Below, piece by piece: positions 17,091-26,568 of a stretch of 57,761 nt of DNA. A program made the position numbers and the translations under genes. Source of the DNA: Patescibacteria group bacterium (GTDB lineage: Bacteria > Patescibacteriota > Patescibacteriia > JACQRZ01); NCBI GenBank assembly GCA_038065255.1, contig JBBTRI010000010.1, forward strand, positions 1 to 57,761, in the 5' to 3' direction. Under the pieces are notes generated by a model. That model made no database searches and was not told the origin of the DNA. It was given only the letters and a program-made list of their open reading frames with translations. Numbering within the stretch: position 1 is the first letter of the stretch; every line of letters starts with the position of its first letter.

Positions 17091-17516
17091 ATGGTAAGTC
17101 TTACAGTAGCTCTTGAAAAAAAAGGAATACCTCCTCTTGCGCTCAAGTCTAGTTGGTATCAGCGACTTGCAAACTTGACAAGAAAAGCAGGGTATACACT
17201 TCCTATAGTATTAAGCATTGCTCTTGTTGATGATCCTACAATACGGCGAATTAATAAACAGACACGACGAGTAGATAGAGTAACAGACGTGCTTTCATTT
17301 TCGTATGGCTTGGATGAGGGAGAGTTGATTATTGCCCCAAATCAGGCGCGACGGCAATATGCATCATTTAAAAGCAAATCATTAAAAGATGAACTTAAAA
17401 GACTTGTAATTCACGGATATTTGCATTTGGCCGGTCTTGACCATAAAAAGTTGGCAGAGCGAAGAATAATGGAACAGGTGACGCGCACTCTCCTTTTGGC
17501 AGCAAAAAAGATATGA
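17091..17516 (+). CDS. ybeY: rRNA maturation endoribonuclease YbeY
   Basis: Contains the HGYLHLAGLDH metal-binding motif (H-x3-H-x5-H) and is a typical 141 aa long. Confidence 0.9.
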   Translation: MVSLTVALEKKGIPPLALKSSWYQRLANLTRKAGYTLPIVLSIALVDDPTIRRINKQTRRVDRVTDVLSFSYGLDEGELIIAPNQARRQYASFKSKSLKDELKRLVIHGYLHLAGLDHKKLAERRIMEQVTRTLLLAAKKI

Positions 17517-17875
17517 AAAAATGGCTTAGAAGCGCACGATATGCCTTGAGCGGTATCGTATTAGCATTGCGTGAGGAACGGAATATGCGCATTCAATGCA
17601 TTGCTGCACTTATGGCTGTTGTATTATCAATAATTCTTAAGGTTTCACTGACTGAACTCTCGATTGTGCTTATTGCCTCAGCTCTCGTTATTTGTATCGA
17701 GTCTCTAAATAGTGCAGTTGAACGCTTATGTGATATGGTTAAACCACGAATTGCATTACAGCTACAAGCTATAAAAGACTTGCTCTCGGGAGCAGTACTA
17801 TTAGCATCATGTGCGGCACTGGGGGTTGGAATCCTAATGTTTGTTCCAAAAATTGTATCATTGATTGTTCAATGA
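17513..17875 (+). CDS. dgkA: diacylglycerol/undecaprenol kinase family protein
   Basis: 120 aa with three TM segments. Contains REERNMRIQ and ESLNSAVERLCD motifs. It overlaps ybeY by 4 nt (ATGA), the usual ybeY-dgkA linkage. Confidence 0.85.
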   Translation: MKKWLRSARYALSGIVLALREERNMRIQCIAALMAVVLSIILKVSLTELSIVLIASALVICIESLNSAVERLCDMVKPRIALQLQAIKDLLSGAVLLASCAALGVGILMFVPKIVSLIVQ

Positions 17876-17911
17876 TTGCATATCAGAGTACTTTTTTGAT
17901 ACACTAGTAGT

Positions 17912-19162
17912 ATGAAAGACACAATATTAACAGGATTAGACATTGGATCAACAACAATACGTATTGTTGTTGGTCAGATGTATTCTGAAGGCGGCGAGCG
18001 AAGGATTCAGCTTATTGGAGCAGCAGAAAGTGAAACAGAGGGTATTACTCGCGGTTCAATCACAGACATTGATGATGCTGCACAGTCGATTATTACCTGT
18101 CTGGAAAAAGCAGAACGAATGACGGGTGTGCCTATAGATTCTGCGTGGGTTGGCATGAGTAGCGCTCATATCGTATCTCAAATTAGCCGTGGGATAGTCG
18201 CTGTTGGAAAGGTAAATGGTGAAATCGGAAAACAAGATGTAGAACGTGCAATAGAAGCTGCCCGAGCCATTGCAACTCCCGCTAACTATGAGATTTTGCA
18301 TGTTATACCCCGTAAATCAACTATTGATGGCCAAATGACCATTAAAGACCCAATCGGTATGACCGGTACGAGGCTTGAAGTTGATACTATGATTATTCAG
18401 GCATTTGCGTCTGAAGTAAGAAATATTACAAAGTGTATTTATAAAACAGGTTTAGAAATTGAAGACCTCGTTTTTTCTATACTTGCTACAGCTGAAAGTA
18501 CATTGACCAATAAGCAGAAGGAACTCGGCGTTGTACTTATGAATATTGGCGGTTCAACAACATCCCTCGTTGTGTACGAGGAGGGAGAGATCTTACATAC
18601 TGCTGTTTTGCCTGTTGGTTCAAATCATATTACTGCAGATATTGCGATCGGCCTTCGCATTTCACCCGATATTGCAGAGAAAATTAAAATCGAATATGGT
18701 AGTGTTGCGCAAAAAGATCAGCAAAAGCGCCCCGATATTCAATTGTCTGATATTCATCCTGAGGAGCAGGGGACAATTCCCATGAAGTACGTTTCTCATA
18801 TTATTGAAGCGCGTGTTGAAGAAATATTCGAAAAAGTTGAAGAAGAACTAAAAAAGATTGGAAGAGACGGGGTATTGCCTGCAGGTGTTGTATTAACAGG
18901 TGGAGGAGCAAAACTTCCGGGAATTGCGGATCTGGCAAAGCGCCGCCTCAAAATTGCGGCATCACTTGCAACATTAAAAAACGTAAACAATCCAATCGAA
19001 AAAATATACGACCAAAGTTTTACTACTGCAGTTGGGTTGGTGCTCTGGGGGTTCACATTGGCGCAACAACGATCAAAACATGCGCATTTTCCTTTTCAAA
19101 TGGATCAATCAATCGACATTTCAAACCGAGTAAAAAAATGGTTCAAGTCACTCTTGCCATAA
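17912..19162 (+). CDS. ftsA: cell division protein FtsA
   Basis: Actin-fold motifs GLDIGSTTIRIVVG, MNIGGSTTSLVV and VLTGGGAKLPG. It lies immediately upstream of ftsZ. Confidence 0.93.
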   Translation: MKDTILTGLDIGSTTIRIVVGQMYSEGGERRIQLIGAAESETEGITRGSITDIDDAAQSIITCLEKAERMTGVPIDSAWVGMSSAHIVSQISRGIVAVGKVNGEIGKQDVERAIEAARAIATPANYEILHVIPRKSTIDGQMTIKDPIGMTGTRLEVDTMIIQAFASEVRNITKCIYKTGLEIEDLVFSILATAESTLTNKQKELGVVLMNIGGSTTSLVVYEEGEILHTAVLPVGSNHITADIAIGLRISPDIAEKIKIEYGSVAQKDQQKRPDIQLSDIHPEEQGTIPMKYVSHIIEARVEEIFEKVEEELKKIGRDGVLPAGVVLTGGGAKLPGIADLAKRRLKIAASLATLKNVNNPIEKIYDQSFTTAVGLVLWGFTLAQQRSKHAHFPFQMDQSIDISNRVKKWFKSLLP

Positions 19163-19264
19163 ATCAGTATCGCATGGTAAGCTCTGGGTGATGAATCAAT
19201 TATCGATTCATTACCTTATTCATCGTTACCCCTCTGAGTAATCAAAGGGTTCAAGTACAATTTT

Positions 19265-20443
19265 ATGGAAGTTAAGCCAGACATTGAGACTATTGTGAAG
19301 ATTAAAGTTGTCGGCGTAGGCGGCGGTGGCGGATCCGCTGTTAACCGTATGATTGCGGCAAAGATACGCGGAGTTGAATTTCTGTCTATTAATACTGATT
19401 TACAGATCCTAAGCAGATCCCATGCACCTATAAAAATTGCGATAGGACAGACGGTTACAAAGGGACAGGGAGCCGGCGGAGATCCTGCAGTAGGCAGAAA
19501 ATCTGCAGAAGAAAGCCAAAATGATATCCGCGATGCTCTTGCAGGTTCGGATATGGTATTTATAACATGTGGCCTTGGCGGTGGCACCGGCACGGGTGCT
19601 GCCCCTGTTGTTGCACAGCTTGCGAAGGATATCGGTGCATTAACGGTAGCTGTTGTTACAAAGCCTTTTTCATTTGAATTGACTCCGCGCAAGACCATCG
19701 CAGATAAGGGCTGGGAAGAGCTCGCGTCAAAAGTTGATGCAATTATTACAATACCAAATGATAAGATACTCCAAATTGTAGACAAGAAGACATCTGCTCT
19801 TGAAGCCTTTCAAATTGCTGATGATGTTTTGCAGCAGGGAGTGCGAGGAATTTCAGAATTGATCACTGTTCCGGGACTTATTAATGTTGATTTTGCCGAT
19901 GTGAAAGCAATTATGAAAGAGACTGGCTCTGCATTGATGGGAATTGGCAGGGGAGTAGGCGAGAACCGCGCTGTAGAGGCTGCTAAAGATGCTATTTCAA
20001 GCCCGCTTCTAGATCTTTCCATCGAGGGAGCTAAGGGAATTTTATTTACTATTACCGGTGGCTCGGATATCGGCATATTAGAAATCAATGAAGCGGCCAA
20101 AGTTGTCACAAGCTCAGCAGATCCAGATGCCCGAGTTATTTTTGGAACAACAATTGACGAGAGCCTCGGGGATGAGATTATTGTCACAGTCGTTGCAACC
20201 GGTTTTTCTGAGAGAGATAAAGTGGTATCTAAAGCTCCTGTGTATGAAAAATCCTATTTGGAGCGAAGTACACCCTCTACAAGCCAGCTAATGTTTACAC
20301 CACCAACCCCTCGCACCGTTTCTCCCGCGCAACACGTGCAAAAAGATGATCGCAAAATGCGTAGCGAAGAGACACCAACAGCGGCAGATGAAGATGACAG
20401 TGAAATTGATATCCCTGCATTTATCCGAAAAAAAATGATGTAG
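19265..20443 (+). CDS. ftsZ: cell division GTPase FtsZ
   Basis: Contains GVGGGGGSAVNRM, the tubulin signature GLGGGTGTGAAPVVA, NTDLQ, and the C-terminal peptide IDIPAFIRKK. Confidence 0.97.
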   Translation: MEVKPDIETIVKIKVVGVGGGGGSAVNRMIAAKIRGVEFLSINTDLQILSRSHAPIKIAIGQTVTKGQGAGGDPAVGRKSAEESQNDIRDALAGSDMVFITCGLGGGTGTGAAPVVAQLAKDIGALTVAVVTKPFSFELTPRKTIADKGWEELASKVDAIITIPNDKILQIVDKKTSALEAFQIADDVLQQGVRGISELITVPGLINVDFADVKAIMKETGSALMGIGRGVGENRAVEAAKDAISSPLLDLSIEGAKGILFTITGGSDIGILEINEAAKVVTSSADPDARVIFGTTIDESLGDEIIVTVVATGFSERDKVVSKAPVYEKSYLERSTPSTSQLMFTPPTPRTVSPAQHVQKDDRKMRSEETPTAADEDDSEIDIPAFIRKKMM

Positions 20444-20505
20444 GCAGAACTGCATCCATTCGTTGCACATCCGAAAGGTTATTGCTATACTGGCAGTAAC
20501 CTTTT

Positions 20506-21048
20506 ATGACTCAATCAAAGCAACAGTATGTTCTAGAGAGCCTGCTCTTTGTTTCTCCTAGGCCTCTGAGTGCAAAAAAACTTGCACTTGAACTTGGCAT
20601 TTCACTCGCTGAAGTCCATAGTTCATTTACTCAGATAGCACAGCGTTATTCCGGCGATACTGGCATACTTCTTGTGCTCCACAATGATTCTGCGCAATTT
20701 GTTACCAATCCACTCTATAGCGAAATTATCGCCTCACACGTAAAAGCCGAAAACACCGGTGAATTGACTCGTTCAGCAAGTGAAACACTTTCACTAATTG
20801 CGTATCGTGGACCCCTGACACGAGAAGAAATTGAGCATATTCGAGGCGTTAATTGTTCAATTGCATTGCGTAACCTGCTTGTTCGAGGACTCATTGATGT
20901 GAAGGAAGAAAAAGTCACTCAGAAAACAACCTATTCAGTGACATTTGATTTTCTTGGGCATCTTGGATTGCGATCCCTCGATGACTTACCCGAATATGAA
21001 CATTTTCATAATCAGCAATTTCAACAGCAACTAGCTGAAGTTCAGTAA
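20506..21048 (+). CDS. scpB: segregation and condensation protein B
   Basis: Contains LESLLFVSPRPLS and ETLSLIAYRGPLTREEIEHIRGVNCSIALRNLLVRGLI, which are winged-helix ScpB motifs. Confidence 0.9.
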   Translation: MTQSKQQYVLESLLFVSPRPLSAKKLALELGISLAEVHSSFTQIAQRYSGDTGILLVLHNDSAQFVTNPLYSEIIASHVKAENTGELTRSASETLSLIAYRGPLTREEIEHIRGVNCSIALRNLLVRGLIDVKEEKVTQKTTYSVTFDFLGHLGLRSLDDLPEYEHFHNQQFQQQLAEVQ

Positions 21049-21051
21049 TTT

Positions 21052-21816
21052 ATGAAAAAGCGTTACTTAATCGCAAATTGGAAGATGAACTTGGATCACA
21101 AAGCATCCTGCGCTCTTTCTCGTACATATGCTCAGAAGGTAGAACAAACCAAGACTCTCTTAACGATTCTGTGTCCATCGTACTCCTCACTTCGAGACGT
21201 GGCAGGAGTTGTAAGCAAGCATAGACATATATATGTTGGAGCTCAAAATTGTTTCTGGCAAGATTCTGGTTCTTATACAGGTGAAGAATCTCCGACATTT
21301 CTCCATGCTCTGGGTGTACGGTATGTGCTTATTGGTCATTCTGAGCGGAGAATGCATCTCCGCGAAACTGACACAACGATTGGGTGTAAAATGAATATGA
21401 TTATAGAATACTCAAAACTCATCCCGATTCTCTGTGTTGGTGAAAATAGTGCGGAACGAAAATCAGGAAAAACAGTTAAGGTTTTGGAGCGTCAGCTTGC
21501 TACGGCTTTAAATGGAATTATAACGCCCAAGCCATTTCTTATTGCCTATGAACCGGTATGGGCAATAGGTACCGGCAATCCTATTACGGTACAGGATTGC
21601 AAAAAAGTATCAGGATGGATACGAACGTACATACAGAGGCGTTTTGGAGCGTTTGCAGCTCAGCAAATGTCAATAGTGTATGGTGGCAGTGTTGATAGCA
21701 CTAATGCCTATTCTATTATGACAGAGGGTGGCGTTGAAGGCCTTCTTGTCGGTTCGGCTAGCCTCAATGCAAAGACACTTGTGCAACTCCATACTATTTT
21801 GCGAGCAATACCATAA
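21052..21816 (+). CDS. tpiA: triosephosphate isomerase
   Basis: Contains IANWKMN, LIGHSERR, AYEPVWAIGTG and YGGSV. Confidence 0.95.
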   Translation: MKKRYLIANWKMNLDHKASCALSRTYAQKVEQTKTLLTILCPSYSSLRDVAGVVSKHRHIYVGAQNCFWQDSGSYTGEESPTFLHALGVRYVLIGHSERRMHLRETDTTIGCKMNMIIEYSKLIPILCVGENSAERKSGKTVKVLERQLATALNGIITPKPFLIAYEPVWAIGTGNPITVQDCKKVSGWIRTYIQRRFGAFAAQQMSIVYGGSVDSTNAYSIMTEGGVEGLLVGSASLNAKTLVQLHTILRAIP

Positions 21817-21820
21817 TGAT

Positions 21821-22672
21821 ATGACGCTACTCGTGATCATTTCTGTTGTCCTAATGGTTGGTTCGCTCATCGGTCTTATATGGCTTCTGGCCCCGAAGCT
21901 CAGTACATTATCTCGTATCGATGTAGAAGCAATACCACATGAACGCAATGTAAAAGCGAAAGATAAGATTCTGTATGATCGGCTTCGCCGCCGCATACAG
22001 GATTGGGAGCATTTTTTTTCATTTGTGATAAAGCCTTTATCGGATTTTTTTAAACAATTTTCTCAGGCACTTGCCCATACGTATAAACGCTTGAGTGATG
22101 CGCGCGAATTTCAGAAGAAACAGTGGACAAAATTCAGCTCTGCACCTTCGGTAGAGTCGGTCGATAGTGCAGATTATCAGCAATGTATGAGTGAAGCAGA
22201 ACGGCTTTTTGAAGATGAAAAATTTTCCGAAGCAGAGATGAAATATATCGATCTTATTTCAAAAAATAAGGATGGGTTAACGCCCTACCATGGGCTTATC
22301 TCGGTATATACAGCTCAGAAAGAATGGGAAAAAGCCCGCGATGTGGCAGAGTATCTTGTGAAAGTATATAGTGCAAAGCTTAAAAAAGGAGACGTTGAAT
22401 CGACGCTCATATTTGATGCGGCGCAGAACTCAGCAGAATTAGCTGATGTCTACTGTAAGCTGGAAAACTACGAAAAGGCATCGCAGAGTATACGGCGGTC
22501 TCTGAATTGGCAACCTCTCAACCCCAAGTATCTTGACGCAGGGATAGAAATTGCTATTCTTACCCAACAGCGATTGAAGGCGGAGAAGTATTTGGAGCAG
22601 CTCCGTGATGCGAACCCGGAAAATCAGAAAATACAAGATTTTGAAGAGAGGATTAAGCAACTACAGTACTAA
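21821..22672 (+). CDS. membrane-anchored TPR-like repeat protein
   Basis: ATG 21821 gives an N-terminal TM segment (MTLLVIISVVLMVGSLIGLIWLLA). The track ORF start at 21728 overlaps tpiA. The C-terminal half has TPR-like A/Y/L-spaced helices. Confidence 0.7.
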   Translation: MTLLVIISVVLMVGSLIGLIWLLAPKLSTLSRIDVEAIPHERNVKAKDKILYDRLRRRIQDWEHFFSFVIKPLSDFFKQFSQALAHTYKRLSDAREFQKKQWTKFSSAPSVESVDSADYQQCMSEAERLFEDEKFSEAEMKYIDLISKNKDGLTPYHGLISVYTAQKEWEKARDVAEYLVKVYSAKLKKGDVESTLIFDAAQNSAELADVYCKLENYEKASQSIRRSLNWQPLNPKYLDAGIEIAILTQQRLKAEKYLEQLRDANPENQKIQDFEERIKQLQY

Positions 22673-22681
22673 CAATAATAT

Positions 22682-22754
22682 GCCGTTGTAGCTCAGCTGG
22701 TAGAGCAACTCCATGGTAAGGAGTAGGTCTGCGGTTCGAATCCGCACAACGGCT
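22682..22754 (+). tRNA. tRNA-Thr (anticodon GGT)
   Basis: Folded by hand. Acceptor stem GCCGTTG/CAACGGC, D arm GCTC..GAGC, anticodon stem ACTCC/GGAGT with loop ATGGTAA, and T arm TGCGG-TTCGAAT-CCGCA. No CCA is encoded. Confidence 0.9.
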
Positions 22755-22846
22755 TTGTGAAATAAAAAAAAGACTCCTAGTTGGAGTCGTTTAAGAGTTG
22801 AATTATGATGCGAATATAGCACTTTTTTGCTATTTTGTCAATAGGC

Positions 22847-22875
22847 TTGATCTAATCGAAATAATTGTGTATTCT
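22847..22875 (+). promoter_or_regulatory. possible sigma70-like promoter for the tRNA-Tyr/Thr/rpmG unit
   Basis: TTGATC (22847-22852), a 17-nt spacer ending in TG, then TATTCT (22870-22875), 21 nt upstream of tRNA-Tyr. Confidence 0.35.
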
Positions 22876-22896
22876 AGTACCTATTCAGTACTATTC

Positions 22897-22979
22897 GGGC
22901 GGTTACCGAAGTAGTCAAACGGGGCAGACTGTAAATCTGCTGGCATCAGCCTTCAGAGGTGCAAATCCTCTACCGCCCA
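22897..22979 (+). tRNA. tRNA-Tyr (anticodon GTA), long variable arm
   Basis: Acceptor stem GGGCGGT/ACCGCCC. The anticodon arm GCAGACTGTAAATCTGC matches that of E. coli tRNA-Tyr as I recall it. It has a long variable arm and the T arm AGAGG-TGCAAAT-CCTCT. Confidence 0.9.
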
Positions 22980-23004
22980 AGGCTAAGTACTATCCAAAAA
23001 AACT

Positions 23005-23076
23005 GCCGCCTTAGCTCAGTGGTAGAGCAATGCTTTTGTAAAGCAAAGGTCCTCGGTTCGAATCCGAGAGGCGGCT
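23005..23076 (+). tRNA. tRNA-Thr (anticodon TGT)
   Basis: Acceptor stem GCCGCCT/AGGCGGC, anticodon loop TTTGTAA, and T arm CTCGG-TTCGAAT-CCGAG. No CCA is encoded. Confidence 0.88.
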
Positions 23077-23141
23077 AGGTCAGCTTGACGTTTTTATAAT
23101 TCTTTACTATCATCTCTGTATTCGGATTAATCAATACCAAT

Positions 23142-23300
23142 ATGTCACAAGATAGGATTATCGGGCTGGAATGCACCAAGTGCCGCAGAATGAATTATCA
23201 TTCGGAAAAAAACAAAAAAAAGCTCAAGAATAGGCTTGAACTGAAGAAATACTGCAGGCATTGTAAGGCGCATGTAGCTCACAAAGAGACAAAAATATAG
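23142..23300 (+). CDS. rpmG: 50S ribosomal protein L33
   Basis: My own translation gives 52 aa, so it is below the track cutoff. The product is [52 protein letters not shown], with the CxxC...CxxC zinc ribbon and the L33 pattern. The antisense track ORF 23145..23342 is spurious. Confidence 0.88.
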   Translation: MSQDRIIGLECTKCRRMNYHSEKNKKKLKNRLELKKYCRHCKAHVAHKETKI

Positions 23301-23327
23301 AGAACAGATAATGTATTCAATACCATA

Positions 23328-23360
23328 AATCACCTCGGTCAATGAGGTGATTTTGGTTTA
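23328..23360 (+). terminator. rho-independent terminator after rpmG
   Basis: The hairpin AAATCACCTC-ggtcaat-GAGGTGATTT is followed by TGGTTT. Confidence 0.7.
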
Positions 23361-23422
23361 TGTGCTATTGTCACCACTATAGACAAAGCCGTTAACGTGC
23401 TGTATAGTTGTTCACAGATTAA

Positions 23423-23496
23423 CGGGCTGGAGTATGCCGGTAGTACACACGATTCGGGTTCGTGGAGACCGGGTTCGATTCCCGGCAGCCCGACCA
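23423..23496 (+). tRNA. tRNA-Pro (anticodon CGG), CCA encoded
   Basis: Acceptor stem CGGGCTG/CAGCCCG (the C1-G72 pair is typical of bacterial tRNA-Pro). Anticodon stem CACGA/TCGTG with loop TTCGGGT, and T arm CCGGG-TTCGATT-CCCGG, followed by ACCA. It lies under the false N-terminal extension of track ORF 23397..24200. Confidence 0.88.
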
Positions 23497-23516
23497 ATCA
23501 AGACATTTTTTATAGT

Positions 23517-24200
23517 ATGACTGATGTTAAGCATCTCGGTATCATCATGGATGGCAATCGAAGGTGGGCGCGCTCCAGGGGTATGCCAGCACTTTTTGGC
23601 CATCAGGAGGGGTATGCGAATCTTAAGAAAATTATTAGGCATGTATTTGACAGGGGAGTAGAAGTACTTACTTTGTTTGCATTCTCAACGGAAAACTGGA
23701 ATCGGCCTCAAACTGAAGTAAACCATCTTCTTTCGCTTTTTACATTAGCCTTTTCAAAGGATATTGATGCTCTGGCACAGCAGGGATTGCAAATCCGATT
23801 TATTGGTGATCTTAGCGCTTTTCCAAAACCACTCAGAGACGCAATGGATGCTTCTATAGAATCTACAAAGAACAATGCGCGAGGTATCCTTAATATAGCG
23901 GTAAATTATGGTGGACGCGATGAGATTGTGCGTTCCATTCAGCGCATAGTAAAAAGCGGCATAGCATCCGAAGATATTACTGAAGACGTTGTTTCTCGTT
24001 TCACCTATACGGCAGACCTACCAAGTCCCGATTTGATTATCCGTACATCAGGCGAATATAGGCTTTCAGGCTTTCTTACGTGGCAATCCGTATATAGTGA
24101 ATTATATTTTACCCCCAAGTCATGGCCGGAATTTAGCGAGCACGATTTGGATGCTGCATTGGAGGAGTACCAGAACCGCCAAAGGCGATTTGGTTCATAG
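23517..24200 (+). CDS. uppS: undecaprenyl-diphosphate synthase (cis-prenyltransferase)
   Basis: Starts at MTDVKHLGIIMDGNRRWA. Also contains FSTENWNRP and RTSGEYRLSGFLTWQSVYSELYF. Confidence 0.93.
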   Translation: MTDVKHLGIIMDGNRRWARSRGMPALFGHQEGYANLKKIIRHVFDRGVEVLTLFAFSTENWNRPQTEVNHLLSLFTLAFSKDIDALAQQGLQIRFIGDLSAFPKPLRDAMDASIESTKNNARGILNIAVNYGGRDEIVRSIQRIVKSGIASEDITEDVVSRFTYTADLPSPDLIIRTSGEYRLSGFLTWQSVYSELYFTPKSWPEFSEHDLDAALEEYQNRQRRFGS

Positions 24201-24270
24201 GTATTTTTTTGGTAGAATTATAGTACTGTCTTTGGAAAAAGGCATGATTTGTAATTGATGATACACATTG

Positions 24271-26556
24271 ATGAATCATACCCATCATACAAAAGTAAAG
24301 GATACATTCTTTGATGTTCCTGCCGAGGGCATTGAATCTCTATCTCTTGTTACTGTTATTCTTTTTGTTGTCAATGTTTTTGTAACATTTTACAATCTTA
24401 TTGCCACCATTGCTCAACCGCTCATTTCAGGTAGCAGGCATGGATTAAAAGCTTCATCTCAAATATTTCGTTTTTTTGCAATTCTAGGCAGGGTTCTTTC
24501 TGATGAATTTTCAGAATTACTTCATACGCTTCGCAATCGTCAAGCCATACGATCAGAACCAAGACAACGAGTGGAGGAGTATCAATACTGGAAGCATTTT
24601 TTTATTTTCTCTTTTTCAATCTTTTTGCTATTTTTTGTTTTTACTGCTTTTCAATATTCGTATACGGCATATGCATTTAAACATTCGATTGAAGATGCGG
24701 GAAAGCAGGGAGTATTGCACATGAGCGAGGGAATGCATTATGCAAAACAACAGGATTATGCGCGGGCAGCTATCGAATTTCAAATTTCACAAAATTCTTT
24801 TTTATATTCTCAAGAATTAATCAATTCCATCAATCCATACCTTCTTAGTGTTGCACGTTCACTTCCATTCATGGGTAAAAAAATACGCGATGCCCAATCA
24901 ATACTCCTTGCAGGAAGTAATCTGAGTAAAGTTGGAATAAGGGTGCTTGAGGCAGTGCCACTAGTAGAACAGATAATTTCCGGCGGACAGGGTGGATTGT
25001 TTCCAGCCATCCAGAATATTCAAAGCGTGCTCTCAGACATTTCACCGCTCATCACAGAAGCCGACCTGGCATTAAAAGATGTCGATATGCAGTCATTTCC
25101 TATCGATGAGAGGCAGACCGCTGTATCTGCATTACGGGCCGTGCATGACGTGCGAAATGCTGTAGAAAAAGCATCAGAAGCTACCAATGCACTGGCGGAT
25201 AGTATTGGCTCGGCCACGCTTCGGAGGTATCTTGTTCTTTTCCAAAATAATGCTGAATTGCGCCCGACAGGTGGATTTATAGGAAGCTATGCGCTTATTG
25301 ATGTGGTTCATGGACAAATAAGAAAAGTTGAAATTCCTCCAGGAGGCCCCTATGATTTACGTGCAGGTTTCCATGAACGTCTTAATCCGCCGGAGCCTTT
25401 ACGTCTTATTACATCCCAATGGGAGTTTCAAGATGCTAATTGGTGGGCTGATTTTCCAACATCTGCTCGCAAGCTCATGTGGTTTTACGAAAAAGCTGGC
25501 GGTCCCACAGTGGATGGCATTATTGCAATTAATGCATCATTCTTACCTCGCCTTTTGAGTCTATCAGGTTCGATATCTTTGAATGAATATAATAAAACAC
25601 TGACCACCGATAATGCAATTATTGAATTGCAAAGAGCGGTTGAGCAAGAATATGATAGGGCGGATAATAAGCCTAAACAAATTATTGCTGATGCTTTTCC
25701 TGTCGTATTGCAATCGCTTTCGCAGTTGAATGCGGATGCAACCTTGCAGCTGGTATCAATACTTACCGATGCTATCTCGAAAAAAGAGATACAATTCTTT
25801 TTTACAAATGAAGAATACCAATCTCTTGCAAGAGACTTTGAGCTAACGGGAGAAATGAAGCCCTTTTCTCCGGACTACAGCATGCTCGTTTCCACTAATA
25901 TTGGGGGCGGCAAATCAGATGCTGTGTTGAGTACGGAAGTTCATAGGGATATGCATGTTGATGAAAAAGGCAGCATCACCATTTCGCTTGCACTTACTAG
26001 AACGCATAATGGTGTTAAAGGTGAAGCATTTGTCGGAGTACAGCATAATGACTATCTTCGATTATATGTTCCTGCGGGTTCGAAATTAATTTCTGCCTCG
26101 GGTTTTCAAGCACCGCCTCCATCAGAGCAAAATCCAACTCTTCAAAATTACACGAATGACGATAGTTTGATGAATAGTGAGAAAGATAAAATTCACATAG
26201 TAGATAGTAGTATTGATGTTTGGAATGAACAGGGGAGGGGAGTATTTGGCGGTTGGCTGCTTACCAAGCCTTCTTCATTGTCGCATGCCAGTATTGTCTA
26301 TCAACTACCTTATCGATTCGAAGAATTATTCCCATCTGGCAAACAAGGAATGTATGCGGTTTTGCTGCAGCGACAGTCTGGATCTACACTTTCTTCATAC
26401 GATGCCACATTTGAGATACCGGCAGGTTATGATGTAGAATTGAACTATGGTTCTCCATGTACCAAAGAGAGTGGCAGTCAGAAACTTGTCTGTATGATTG
26501 ATAGTTTTGAAAGGGACGAGTTTATAGGTTTTCTCATGACTCGTAAGAACTACTAG
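24271..26556 (+). CDS. DUF4012 domain-containing membrane protein
   Basis: N-terminal TM segments and the diagnostic block FQNNAELRPTGGFIGSYALIDVVHGQI. The track start 24268 is TTG, and an ATG follows at 24271. Confidence 0.8.
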   Translation: MNHTHHTKVKDTFFDVPAEGIESLSLVTVILFVVNVFVTFYNLIATIAQPLISGSRHGLKASSQIFRFFAILGRVLSDEFSELLHTLRNRQAIRSEPRQRVEEYQYWKHFFIFSFSIFLLFFVFTAFQYSYTAYAFKHSIEDAGKQGVLHMSEGMHYAKQQDYARAAIEFQISQNSFLYSQELINSINPYLLSVARSLPFMGKKIRDAQSILLAGSNLSKVGIRVLEAVPLVEQIISGGQGGLFPAIQNIQSVLSDISPLITEADLALKDVDMQSFPIDERQTAVSALRAVHDVRNAVEKASEATNALADSIGSATLRRYLVLFQNNAELRPTGGFIGSYALIDVVHGQIRKVEIPPGGPYDLRAGFHERLNPPEPLRLITSQWEFQDANWWADFPTSARKLMWFYEKAGGPTVDGIIAINASFLPRLLSLSGSISLNEYNKTLTTDNAIIELQRAVEQEYDRADNKPKQIIADAFPVVLQSLSQLNADATLQLVSILTDAISKKEIQFFFTNEEYQSLARDFELTGEMKPFSPDYSMLVSTNIGGGKSDAVLSTEVHRDMHVDEKGSITISLALTRTHNGVKGEAFVGVQHNDYLRLYVPAGSKLISASGFQAPPPSEQNPTLQNYTNDDSLMNSEKDKIHIVDSSIDVWNEQGRGVFGGWLLTKPSSLSHASIVYQLPYRFEELFPSGKQGMYAVLLQRQSGSTLSSYDATFEIPAGYDVELNYGSPCTKESGSQKLVCMIDSFERDEFIGFLMTRKNY

Positions 26557-26568
26557 CCAGTAGTATAT

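Noticed and set aside
19216-20187. Minus-strand ORFs of 189 aa and 125 aa.
   Set aside because: They are antisense to ftsZ, whose identity is unambiguous.
23145-23342. 65-aa minus-strand ORF.
   Set aside because: It is antisense to a clear 52-aa L33 (rpmG) gene that the track omitted because of its size cutoff.
23397-23516. N-terminal extension of the uppS ORF in the track.
   Set aside because: The extension is translated through a well-formed tRNA-Pro gene. The conserved UppS sequence begins at the ATG at 23517.
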